Assembly (NCBI RefSeq): GCF_006345805.1
Contig: NC_042998.1
Coordinates: forward strand, 197,408,001 to 197,472,000
From: Octopus sinensis
Lineage: Eukaryota
Length of the DNA: 64,000 bases
Reading direction: 5' to 3'
Part shown: positions 11,140 through 23,254 of the stretch, one piece after another
Layout of the letters: each line of letters begins with the position of its first letter
Position numbering within the stretch: the stretch's first letter is position 1
Program-made: the position numbers and the translations under genes
Notes under the pieces: generated by a model
What the model was told of the DNA's origin: nothing
The model's database searches: none
The model's input: the letters and a program-made list of their open reading frames with translations, nothing else

Positions 11140-11447
11140 TCTTTGTAAGCCTAGTACTTATTCTATCGGTCTCTTTTGCCAAACCGCTAAGTTATGGGAG
11201 CGTAAACACACCAGCATCGGTTGTCAAGCAATGTTGTGGTGACAAACACAGACACACAAACATATACACACATGTACATATATATATATATATATATACA
11301 TGTATACGACAGGCTTCTTTCAGTTTCCATCTACCAAATCCACTCACAAGGCTTTGGTCAGCCCGAGGATATAGTAGAAGACACTTGCCCAAGGTGCCAT
11401 GCAGTGAAACTGAACCCGGAACCATGTGGTTGGTTAGCAAGCTACTT
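11140..11447 (-). mobile_element. SINE family A, truncated
   Basis: Reverse complement of the 10216 copy. Confidence 0.88.
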
Positions 11448-11699
11448 TATTTCATTAAATTTGTCATGAAGACAGTACACAGATTAGGTAGCTTTGTGGG
11501 CTGGACAAGACGTTAATGAAATGAATGATAATGATACGAGGATGATGAGGTTGAGAGAAGACAGAAAGCACCCACCGACCCTCTGCTTCTCTATAACATT
11601 GTTCTTTGACAGTACATTACATGAGGCAATGAACCTCTTACAATTCGTCTAAAATGACAACAATATTAATCATTATACAAATATAAATATATTTACATA

Positions 11700-12345
11700 T
11701 TTCGGCGCTAAGCCTATTCTTCTTCGTCCCTGACCAGACTGTGAGCTGCCCATAGGTACTGCTCCGGATCCCGGTCAGGGTCCCAAAAATCCACTCTAAA
11801 CAAGTTCTTCGTAAAGGAGCCTAACACCCTGGACATGTTGACCTCCGATATGACCATCGCAGTCACCTGCGAAGACCAATTCGGGTTTTCGGTCCAGGTT
11901 AAGGGCTCCTCTGTCCAGCCTTCTCGCTTCCTTAGGAAGCTTTCTATCACCCCCCCACTTCAGAAAGAGTATGACAAACTCATCTTTCCTCTTTCTGGGA
12001 GGGGCCACTGCTCCCTCTGTCGGTGGCACACTTCCCACCGACAGAGTTTCGGGGCATGCTGGCAGTTGATTGTCAACTGCCAACGAAGTCCCATTCTTTT
12101 TTGTCTTCTTCCTTTTTTTCCCCTTCTTGACAGGAGAGTGAAGTTCCTCCAACTTGTCCGGGAGTCCCTCCCTCCTGCCGCCTCAGAATCCATCGGTGGG
12201 CAACCATTGCCCACCTTCTTTCTTTTTTTTCCTTTCGAGGGGGTTACCTCCCCCTCAACTTTCTCTTCCTCCCCCTCCGTTAGATAATCAGGGGGCTCCA
12301 ATGGAGGAAAAACATTCTCCTCTATTAACCACTCCAGTACCCTAG
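11700..12345 (-). other. GC-rich frameshifted ORF remnant of unknown origin (possibly retroelement ORF1/gag-like)
   Basis: Three overlapping minus-strand ORFs chain via two frameshifts; two KGKKRKK motifs; family not recognised. Confidence 0.35.
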
Positions 12346-12721
12346 CTTGGTTCCTGGAGCAGTTCCTCTTTATGTGGCCTTCTTCCAGGCACAGATGACA
12401 CTTGGCAGGGGGAAGGGGCGTCCCTCAGGGAGCACCGGAGTTGAAACACTGATTATTTTTTCACTCCTTCCTTCCTTATTCATCTATCACCCCTTCCTTT
12501 CTCTCATTGCTATTACCTTCTCTCACTCTCTCTCTCTGTCAGAGATATTACTCTCACTACTTCTCCTTCACTAAATTACTATTTTCTCTCCTCCTCTACA
12601 TCTGGCGTGATTCTGGACAAATATATATACATCAGCGGTGGTGCCCCAGCATGGCCACGGCCTTCGGGCTGAAACATTTTTAAGGACTTTAAAGATACAA
12701 ATATATAGAAACACTACACTC

Positions 12722-13285
12722 ATCCGGCAGGACAAGTGAGGCCATAATCCCGTGGCCTACACCTGGGATGTAACCAGCCCACTTATGCATTCTTTTCCTT
12801 CTTGGGACACAAAACTCCACTTGTGAAGACCTGTTGAGGCAAGTGAAGATCAAGATCAAAATCAAAATCATAATCTATCAACATCAATGGAATTTGTAGC
12901 TGTGATACCAGTGCTGGTGGCATGTAAGAGAACCATCCGAATGTGGCCATAGCCAGCGCCGCCAATTGGCCTCCGTGCCGGTGGCACGTAAAAAGCACCA
13001 TCCGACCGTGGCCATTGCCAGCTTTGTCTGGTCCCCGTGCCGGTGGCACGTAAAGTGCACCTTCCGATCGTGGCCGTCTGCCAGCCCCGTCTGGCACCTG
13101 TGCCGGTGGCACGTAAAAAGCACCCACTACACTCACGGAGTGGTTGGCGTTAGGAAGAGCATCCAGCTGTAGAAACACTGCCAGATCAGACTGGAGCCTG
13201 GTGCAGCCTTCTGGCTTCCCAGACCCCAGTTGAACCGTCCAACCCATGCTAGCTTGGAAAGCGGACGTTAAATGATGATGATGAG
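12722..13285 (+). mobile_element. RTE 3' end (...RQDK* + full 3' UTR)
   Basis: ccggcaggacaagtga stop region, repeat units, tail. Confidence 0.88.
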
Positions 13286-13419
13286 ATATTGCTGCTCTTG
13301 TAGTAAGTAAAGATATACAAGTATTGTTTGGATCACATGTGGTTGGGACTTACATTCTTGGATGGAACCGTCTGCTAGTTCCGTCAAGATTGGACAAGCT
13401 TATTTACCAGGTTGAGTCA

Positions 13420-14020
13420 AAAGGCGGCGAGCTGGCAGAATCGTTAGCACGCCGGGTGAAATGCGTAGCCGTATTTCGTCTGCCGTTATGTTCTGTGTTC
13501 AAATTCTGCCGAGGTTGACTTTGCCTTTCATCCTTTCGGGGTCGATTGAATAAGTACCAGTTACACACTGGGGTTGATATAATCGACTTAATCCGTTTGT
13601 CTGTCCTTGTTTGTTCTCTCTGTGTTTAGCCCCTTGTGGGTAATAAAGAAATACGTATTTCGTCTGCCGCTACGTTCTGAGTTCAAATTCCGCCGAGGTC
13701 GACTTTACCTTTTATCCTTTTGGGGTCGATTGAATAAGTACCAGTTACACACTGGGGTTGATATAATCGACTTAATCCGTTTGTCTGTCCTTGTTTGTTC
13801 TCTCTGTGTTTAGCCCCTTGTGGGTAATAAAGAAATAGGTATTTCGTCTGCCGTTACGTTCTGAGTTCAAATTCTGCCGAGGTCGACTTTGCCTTTCATC
13901 CTTTCGGTGTCGATAAATTAAGTACCAGTTACGCATTGGGATCGATATAATCGAATTAATCCGTTTGTCTGTCCTTGTTTGTTCTCTCTGTGTTTAGCCC
14001 CTTGTGGGTAGTAAAGAAAT
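13420..14020 (+). mobile_element. SINE family B trimer (head + 3 x 184 nt)
   Basis: gtatttcgtctgccg at 13471, 13655, 13839; 11-bp TSD aggttgagtca around the whole trimer. Confidence 0.92.
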
Positions 14021-14864
14021 AGGTTGAGTCAGAAAGATTTTGTATTTTCGCTGATGATTTTTTGCAACCTCTATGTTAGATCGTCAACTTGATACAACAT
14101 GTCTGATCATTGCTGAATTGTTTGTTATTTATTTCCCCATATAAAATATAAATGCTATTTATTCTTTATTTTACAGCTTTGATAACGAGTAGTGAAAATA
14201 TTGACAATTAGAGCCATTTTATGTTACCTATGGAAAAAAGGAGTGAATGCAATGGCAGTGGAAGAGGAAAAATGATGTGTAAGGCCCTGTCAATGAATGT
14301 GTGGCACAAAACTTGTTCAGACATTTCGAGGAAGGTGACACCAGCCTCAAAGACAAACCAAGGTCAGGAACACCTGTTGTGGAAGATCAGCCTTGGTTGA
14401 AGTGGTTGAACAACAACCATTTGTACACAGCTGGTAGAACTTAGCCCTTCAAATTATCAATCGATACCTCTATGACTTTGTGGACAGATGCTGTCGAGAA
14501 GTTCCTCATGAAATAATCAATGATCAGGTTCAATGAACATTTGCAAACAGCTGTTGGCAAATCGTTGAGATACCTGTTTTTGGTATTGAATTGTAACTGG
14601 GGATGAAAAATGGATCTATTAATGAGAGAAATCAGTGGATTTGTTCCTGCCGGGCTTCAGAATCTGTTGTCAAACAAGCATAGTTTGAAGGGGTGGGGGC
14701 TTGTTTGTTTGGTTGAGTTTTGAGGGGTTGTTGCACTTTGAGCTTGTCCCAGATGGTCATGCTGTGAATGCTAACCTTTATGCTCAACAGTTTGAAATCC
14801 CACTATGTAGGACAGGTCAATCAAAGATGTACACCCCTAAAGCATGACATTACCCCAGCACAAT

Positions 14865-15248
14865 GTGGAAGTGCAATGGCCCAGTGGTTAGGGCAGCGGA
14901 CTCGCGGTCATAGGATCGCGGTTTCGATTCCCAGACTGAGCATTGTGAGTGTTTATTGAGCGAAAACACCTAAAGCTCCACGAGGCTCCGGCAGGGATGG
15001 TGGTGATCCCTGCTGTACTCTTTCACCACAACCTTCTCTCACTTTTACTTCCTGTTTCTGTTGTACCTGTATTTCAAGGGGCCGGCTTTGTCACTCTCTG
15101 TGTCACGCTGAATATCCCCGAGAACTACGTTAAGGGTACACGAGTCTGTGGAGTGCTCAGCCACTTACACGTTAATTTCATGAGCAGGCTGTTCCGTTGA
15201 TTTGGATCAACCGGAACCCTCGTCGTCGTAAACGACGGAGTGCTTCCA
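14865..15248 (+). mobile_element. SINE family D
   Basis: Matches the 9461 copy; TSD ccccagcaca. Confidence 0.92.
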
Positions 15249-15486
15249 TCCACCCCAGCACACACTGAATGTGACCAAGCACAAACTTGGGGGGGGGCTG
15301 GAAATACTGCCTCACACAACCTACAGTCCAGACTTTGCAGCATCAGATTACCACCTTTTCTGAACCACGACACATTTCTTGCATAGAAGGAAGTCCAACA
15401 ATGTAGATAAAGTTGAAAAGGGGTGCAGGGAATTTTTGGCCCCCAAACGAACCAAATGATATAGGCACAAAACTGAGTTCCTGGCA

Positions 15487-15808
15487 ACATCATCATCATC
15501 ATCATCATCATCGTTTAACGTCCGTTCTCCATGCTAGCATGGGTTGGACGGTTCGACCGGGGATCTGGGAAGCCAGGAGGCTGCACCAGGCTCCGGTCTT
15601 ATCCGGCAATGTTTCTACAGCTGGATGCCCTTCCTAACGCCAATCACTCCGTGAGTGTAGTGGGTGCTTTTTACGTGCCACCTGCACTGGAGCCAGGCGA
15701 GGCTGGCATTGGCCATGGTCGGATTGGTGCATTTTACGTGCCACCTGCACGGAAGCCAGTCGAGGCGGCACTGGCTTCGGCCACGATTCGGATGGTGCTT
15801 TTTACGTA
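15487..15808 (-). mobile_element. RTE 3' UTR copy
   Basis: (CAT)n tail, core, repeat units. Confidence 0.88.
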
Positions 15809-16089
15809 TATAGTGCTTTAATAGAATATGATGGGATATATTATGATGGACAAATGCTTTCCCTATGCAATTTTGTTTGAACTATCTATTAAAGCTTGAA
15901 ATATAAAAAAAAAACCCAAAAAACGTTTGATTCAACCTGGTAGTTCTAATGACACTCAAACATATCTATAGTTGCCAAAGCACAAACCCAATCCCTATTT
16001 CCATTTAGAAGTGGTTGAAGATACTTGTCCTAAGTGTCATACACTGAGACTGAACTTGAAACCACATGACTGGGAGGCAAACCTCTTGT

Positions 16090-16117
16090 TTATATCTGTC
16101 TGTCTGTCTGTCTATCA

Positions 16118-16149
<32 letters not shown>

Positions 16150-16342
16150 GTCTATCTCTCTCTCTGTCTCTCTCTCTATCTATCTGTCTATCTATCTGTC
16201 TATCTCTCTCTCTGTCTCTCTCTCTATCTATCTGTCTGTCTATCTATCTGTCTATCTATCTATCTGTCTATCTATCTATCTATCTATCTATCTGTCTATC
16301 TGTCTGTCTATCTATCTATCTATCTATCTGTTTATCTATCTA

Positions 16343-16415
<73 letters not shown>
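16090..16415. repeat. (TCTA)/(TCTG)/(TC) compound microsatellite
   Basis: Direct inspection. Confidence 0.95.
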
Positions 16416-16592
16416 ATTATTGTATAACTGTATCAGTCAGATTATCAGATGTTATACACAGCTCTTCTTCACGTTGCTGTAGCTTTCAAATGATGCCTTA
16501 CAGTTGGTTAGGTGCGCAGGCCAACATTCCCTCTGAATGGGATGTCAGTTCCTCATAGGGTTGTCCATTTACATCTGAGTGGATTGAAGAAA

Positions 16593-16966
16593 CATCATCA
16601 TCATCATCATCATCATCGTTTAACGTCCGTTCTCCATGCTAGCATGGGTTGGACTGTTCGACCGGGGATCTGGGAAGCCAGAAGGCTGCACCAGGCTCCG
16701 GTCTTATCTGGCAATGTTTCTACAGCTGGATGCCCTTCCTAACGCCAACCACTCCATGAGTGTAGTGGGTGCTTTTTACATGCCACCTGCACTGGTGCCA
16801 GGCGAGGCTGGCATCGGCCACGGTCGGACTGGTGCATTTTACGTGCCACCAGCATGGAAGCCAGTCGAGGCGGCACTGGCTTCGGCCACGATTCGGATGG
16901 TGCTTTTTACATGCCACCGACACGGAAGCCAGTCGAGGCGGTGCTGGCATCGGCCATGATTCGGAT
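16593..16966 (-). mobile_element. RTE 3' UTR copy
   Basis: Close match to the 15487 copy, including gctccggtcttatc. Confidence 0.88.
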
Positions 16967-17098
16967 TAGGAAATGTTTAGGAAAGGAAATGTTTTGTTCA
17001 AGAACACAATTCACCACTGGTCTGGGAATCAAAACTGTGATCTTGTGATCATGAGTGCAATATGCTAACCACGAGGCCACACTCTTTCACACACACAA

Positions 17099-17137
<39 letters not shown>

Positions 17138-17431
17138 TACACAAACAAATATGCATAACTACACACACACATTTTGACCGATTTTTTTTCAAATAGTCAA
17201 AGAATTCAAGGTTATACTCAACAGTTTCACAGTATTCAATTCAGTTCTTTGAAACTTTCATAATTGGAACTTAGCTCAAGAAGACAATGGTAGCAGCTGA
17301 AAGACTTCACCTTTGTTTTTCAAACTGTTCTTTTGTCCACTTTTAACAACAAAGCCCCATCATCAGAATGACTGTCAAAGACTCCAGTAAATTACCGGTA
17401 AATTCTAAAATTATAATTATTAATGTTGTAT

Positions 17432-17884
17432 GCTGGTGGCACATAAAAAGCACCATCCGAACATGGCCGTTGCCAGCGCCGCCTCGACTGGCTTCTGTGC
17501 CGGTAGCACATAAAAAGCACCATCCGAATGTGGCCGATGCCAACGCTGCCTCGACTGGCTTCTGTGCCGGTAGCACATAAAAAGCACCATCCGAACGTGG
17601 CCGTTGCCAGCGCCGCCTTGGCTGGCTCCTGTGCCGGTGGCACGTTAAAAGCTCCAACCGATCGTGGCCGATGCCGGACCCCCCCCTGGCACCTGTGCAG
17701 GTGGCACGTAAAAAGCACCCACTACACTCGCGGAGTGGTTGGCATTAGGAAGGGCATCCAGCTGTAGAAACTCTGCCAGATCAGACTGGAGCCTGGTGCA
17801 GCTCCTGGCTTCCCAGACCCCGGTCGAACTGTCCAACCCGTGCTAGCGTGGAAAACGGACGTTAAACGATGATGATGATGATGT
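17432..17884 (+). mobile_element. RTE 3' UTR copy with ~4 repeat units
   Basis: aaaagcaccatccga repeated about every 65 nt, then core and tail. Confidence 0.88.
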
Positions 17885-18230
17885 TGTATGCTTCAATATA
17901 ATTGTATCCTTTGGATTTGATATTTGTAACAGTCTCCTTAGCTGAGAACTGAATCCAGTTATAGTCGGAAAATAACTTTTGATTACTATTTATGTTTGTT
18001 CTAGAGAAGTTTATGGCTGTGATTGAGATATTTGCTTTGCAAATGGTAAGCATCTTCTAATATGACTTTTGGATTGACCAACATAATGCTTGTAGAATTT
18101 AGATGATGGAAACTGTATGGCAGTTTGTTATAGATATGATTGTTGGACATGCATTTTCTATGACTTACATCTCATCATGAAAAAGAAATGGATTCAACTG
18201 ATACTTTGATAGTTGATGGACAAAATATCA

Positions 18231-18490
18231 ATCATCATCATCGTTTAATGTTCGCTTTCCATGCTAGCATGGGTTGGACGATTTGACTGAGGGCTGGCGA
18301 ACCAGATGGCTGCACCAGGCTCCAATCTTGATCTGGCAGAGTTTCTACAGCTGGATGCCCTTCCTAATGCCAACCACTCCGACAGTGTAGTGGGTGCTTT
18401 TACGTGCCCCTGGCACGGGGGCCAGTCAGGCGGTACGGGCAATGACCTCACTCGAATGTTTTTACACATGCCACCGGCACAGGTGCTGGT
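18231..18490 (-). mobile_element. RTE 3' UTR copy (variant subfamily)
   Basis: Reverse complement of the 8725 type. Confidence 0.83.
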
Positions 18491-18617
18491 AAGGCGACAC
18501 AAGGGCAAAGACAGCTTAATGGTAAATTGACTGAGTTGTGTTGCTTCCCACAAATGAAACAATCCATGAATCATATTTTTATGTTTTCATCCTTTGTTCC
18601 TACAACAAGTTTTACCG

Positions 18618-19143
18618 AGACCTTCGGAAGTATGCTGTGCGTGAGAAGACCCGGCAGGACAAGTGAGACCATAACCAGTGGCCTCTACCTGGGATGTAGC
18701 CAGTCCACTTATGCATACCTTTCCTTCTTGGGACCCAAAACTCTGCTTGTGAAGACCTGTTGAATCAAGTGAAATTGAAATCGATCAAAAAATCAATGGA
18801 AATTGGAGTTGTGATACCAGTGCTGGTGGCACGTAAAAGAACCATCCGAATGTGGCCATTGCCAGCATCGCCTCGACTGGCCTCCGTGCCGGTGGCATGT
18901 AAAAAGCACCAACCGATCGTGGCCGTTGCCAGCCTTGCCTGGCCCCTGTGCCGGTGGCACATAAAAAGCACCTACTACACTCACGAAGTGGTTGGTGTTA
19001 TGAAGGGCATCCAGCTGTAGAAACTCTGCCAGATCAGACTGAGCCTGGTGCAGCCTCCTGGCTTCCCAGACCCCAGTCGAACCGTCCAACCCATGCTAGC
19101 ATGGAAAGCGGACGTTAAACGATGGTGATGATTATGATGATGA
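18618..19143 (+). mobile_element. RTE 3' end (DLRKYAVREKTRQDK* + 3' UTR)
   Basis: Translation matches the ORF end of the 6537 copy. Confidence 0.9.
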
Positions 19144-19693
19144 AGTTTTGGAATCCCTTACAAAAAAAGTTCTGAGCACACCAGCCTTCTTTTAACTATG
19201 AAAGAAAATGTGGCTTGCTACAGAGGGTGTAGAACCCTGTCAAATGCTTCATGTTTAATCCTTTTTCTCCTGTAATGTAACAACAACAACAACATTAACA
19301 TCAACACCCACAACGACAAGGAAAATGTCCGTGCAATCAGAAATGACCGGGAATATACAACAATAAAGAAAATAGAATTTGGATTTTTTTGGAGCATTTT
19401 ATTTCATATGTATTATAATTGTTAAAGTTATAACATTAAAAAATATTATGTATATTTGGGTATTTGTTGATACTTTGGATCAGAAGTGGACGAGTATATT
19501 GCTTAATGTGTGTGTGTATGTGTGTGTGTGTGTGTGTGTAAATGTTTAGCAGATACTAGCAAATTAATATGGCCTTGTAGCTTGTATCACACTTGTGCAA
19601 ATTGTTATAAGTGCCTATATAGTTGCAATCAGATACAAACACCCTCTCTTCTTTCCCACTCTCGACTCAGCAGAACATCAAGGCTGTACCAGC

Positions 19694-19699
19694 TAGAGG

Positions 19700-19750
<51 letters not shown>

Positions 19751-19754
19751 GGAA

Positions 19755-19791
<37 letters not shown>

Positions 19792-19900
19792 AAGAGAGAG
19801 AGAGAAAGAGAGAGAGAGAGAAAGAGAGAGAGAGAAAGAGAGAGATTGAGAGTGAGAGCGAGAAAGAGAGAGAGAGAGATACAGAGAAGGAGAGAGAGCT
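19694..19900. repeat. (GA)n/(GACA)n microsatellite
   Basis: Direct inspection. Confidence 0.95.
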
Positions 19901-20205
19901 AAACAAGCACTAAGCTAGTATAATTCATTTACAGCTGAATAGATGAGGGCAATATGAAATGAAGTGCCCTGCTGAAGGACACAGTGTGGTAATCAAACCA
20001 GGAATCAAAGTCACAACTTCATGATCATGAGTCCAGTGTTTTAATCACCTGGCCACACAGCTTTACAAATATAAATGTGTGTGTACATATATTCGTCAAA
20101 TGGTAGAATAAGGTTCTGAATCCAAAGTAGATAGTTGAGGGCAAATTATGTATGTATGTATGTATGTATGTATGTATGTATGTATGCATGCATGCATGCA
20201 TGTAT

Positions 20206-20574
20206 GTGGAGGCGCAATGGCCCAGTGGTTAGGGCAGCGGACTCGCGGTTTCGATTCCCAGACCGGGCGTGAGTGTTTATTGAGCGAAAACACCTTAAAA
20301 AGCTCCACGAGGCTCCGGCAGGGGATGGTGGCGATCCCTGCTGTACTCTTTCACCACAACTTTCTCTCACTCTTTCTTCCTGTTTCTGTTGTACCTGTAT
20401 TTCAAAGGGCCGGTCTTGTCACTCTCTGTGTCACGCTGAATATCCCCGAGAACTACGGTAAGGGTACACGTGTCTGTGGAGTGCTCAGCCACTTATACGT
20501 TAATTTCACGAGCAGGCTGTTCCGTTGATTGGATCAACCGGAACCCTCGTCGTCGTAACCGACGGAGTGCTTCC
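20206..20574 (+). mobile_element. SINE family D inserted in (TATG)n
   Basis: Matches the 9461 copy with small deletions. Confidence 0.9.
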
Positions 20575-21093
20575 CTCCTTTATGTATGTATGTATGTATG
20601 TATGTATGTATGCATCCATGTATGTATGCATGCATGTATGTGTGGATAGATGGATGTCAAGCAATTATGAGTTGACCCTAGGCCTACAATTTGAAGTAGC
20701 AGCATGTGAAGTCGACTCTGAATCTATAATAAATAGAATTTCTTTAAAGTAATTATTTTCTGTTGAGTACTATTAATGGAGCTGTGTGTGTTTTAATATA
20801 CTATGGGATATAAAGTTAAGCCCTTCAAATCAAGTCAACTGGGAAAGTACTTTAAAATTGGTTTCTGTGGGATTAAGTGTATTGACTTACAAATTGATGT
20901 ATATTTGCAAGATGGAACACCAGTATATCACCGGTATCATTCAAAGAATAAGCTGCACCTACATGTCTCAGATTGATGAATTAAGATACATAGAATGAAG
21001 TATATTTCTCAAAGACAATCTGAAGTTATTTAAATTGACCATATAATCTTATATCCTCTCCATATAAGAGTTGTGTAATTTAAACCTATTGCC

Positions 21094-21690
21094 TATTTCT
21101 TTACTACCCGCAATGGGCTAAACACAGAGAGGACAAACAAGGACAGACAAATGGATTAAGTCGATTACATCGACCCCAGTGCGTAACTGGTACTTATTTA
21201 ATCGACCCCAAAAGGATGAAAGGCAAAGTCGACTTGGTGGAATTTGAACGCAGAACGTAGCAGCTGACGAAATACCTATTTGTTTACTACTCACAAGGGG
21301 CTAAACACAGAGGGGACAAACAAGGACAGACAAACAGATTAAGTCGATTATTTCGACCCCAGAGCGTAACTAGTACTTATTTAATTGACCCCGAAAGGAT
21401 GAAAGGCAAAGTCGACCTCGGTGGAATTTGAACTCAGAAAGTAGTGGCTGACGAAATACCTATTTGTTTACTACCCACAAGGGGCTAAACACAGAGAGGA
21501 TGAACAAGGACAGACAAACAGATTAAGTCGATTATATCGACCCCAGTGCGTAACTGGTACTTATTTAATCGACCCCAAAAGGATGAAAGGCAAAGTCGAT
21601 GTCGGCGGAATTTGAACTCAAAACGCAGCAGCAGACGAAATACTGCTAAGCATTTCACCCAGCGTGCTAACGTTTCTACCAGCTCGCCTT
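21094..21690 (-). mobile_element. SINE family B trimer
   Basis: cctattt at 21092, 21275, 21459; TSD aaccta(t/c)tgcc. Confidence 0.9.
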
Positions 21691-21944
21691 CAACCTACTG
21701 CCTGGCGTAGTTAAGTCATGTCTGATATTGTAAGATTCTGGGTTATAAATTCCTGTACCAAATAATCTATTCAACCAGATGAGTAGAAGTATGTAGAAAT
21801 TTAACAAAATTCATTTGAAGAAACATGATCACATCAAAATATTTTGCTGTACTGAATCTAAAGCAAGTCCTGAAACCAAATCAAATAGAAAATAGAAAAA
21901 TGCCCCCAAAATATATTAAGAGAAATATAAAGATTCAAAATGGA

Positions 21945-22286
21945 TCATCATCATCATCATCATCATCATCGTTTAGCATCCGTTTTCCATGCTAGCATGG
22001 GTTGGACGGTTCTACTGGGGTCTGTGAAGCCAGAAGGCTTCATCAGGCCCAGTCAAATCTGGCAGTGTTTCTACGGCTGGATGCCCTTCCTAACACCAAC
22101 CACTCTGTGAGTGTAGTGGGTGCTTTTTACGTGCCACCCGCACAGGTGCCAGACAGAGCTGGCAAACGGCCACGAACGGATGGTGCTTTTTATGTGCCAC
22201 CGGCACAAGGGCCAGGCGAGGTTGGCAGCGGACACGAACGGATGGTGCTTTTTATGTGCCACCGGCACAAGGGCCAGGCGAGGCTG
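21945..22286 (-). mobile_element. RTE 3' UTR copy
   Basis: Tail, core and ~61-nt units of the same type as the 54561 array. Confidence 0.88.
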
Positions 22287-22734
22287 GAATTTTGTGTTAA
22301 ATATTTTCAGCAGTTATCTTATTAAATTTATACTCATTTTTTACTTTTTGCATTTATAAAAACTGCTCAGGGTTTCATAAGTTAGGAAAGCACATGATCA
22401 TTTAATAAATATTGGTGTGATGTGGCACACATAAAGAAGATGAGGATGTATAAATAATGATCACATACAGGCATGAATGTGTCCACACATGTGTGATAGA
22501 GTGTCTACACACACACACACACGGACACATACACACAGAGTCAGAAATGCAGAGATGCTCAACATAGAAAACATGTAGTAGTGCTCAAATGATTTGATCC
22601 TACACTCCAAAATCTTTATTGAGGGCTCAATCAGCAGGGTAAAAGAGTGGCTAAAACAGGAATTTAGGCGAGTTGCTATGGTGATAAAGAAGCAAACAAA
22701 CACGGCAAAAGCATGTTCTTTTGTTTATTGTAGG

Positions 22735-22867
22735 TATATGTAAACATATATAAACATATGTAGAGATATATATGGATATATATATACGTAATTATATATC
22801 GATATGTATAGATATATATATGTATATATATATATGTGTGTATGTATATATATATATTATATATATG

Positions 22868-22900
<33 letters not shown>

Positions 22901-22916
22901 AATATATATATATATG

Positions 22917-22958
<42 letters not shown>

Positions 22959-23250
22959 TGTATATATACTTACATGTATATATATATGCACATGTATATA
23001 TAATGTGTATATATGTACATGTATATGTATATATATATATATATAATACATGTATATATGCATGTGTATATATATATGCACATGTATATAACATATATAT
23101 ATATATATATGTACATGTATATATGCATGTGTATATATATATATATGCACATGTATATATACATGTGTATATATGTATATATATATATATTATATATATA
23201 TATAATATACATACATATATATATTATATGTACATGTATATATATATATA
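22735..23250. repeat. Long (TA)/(TG)/(CATA) compound microsatellite
   Basis: Direct inspection. Confidence 0.95.
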
Positions 23251-23254
23251 TGTT

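Larger units (their letters stand above)
13407..15940 (+). pseudogene. Full-length decayed mariner transposon carrying three nested retroposons
   Basis: TIRs TA-ccaggttgagtcaaa / tttgattcaacctgg-TA; fragments FEEGDTSLKDKPRSG, EVPHEI, VTGDEKWIY, HDITPAH, YSPDFAASDYHLF in the expected order. Confidence 0.9.

Noticed and set aside
12195-12230. Hairpin + U tract resembling a bacterial intrinsic terminator (contamination or HGT)
   Set aside because: The flanks are continuous with host SINE/RTE sequence and no bacterial gene is recognisable; kept only as an unexplained structure.
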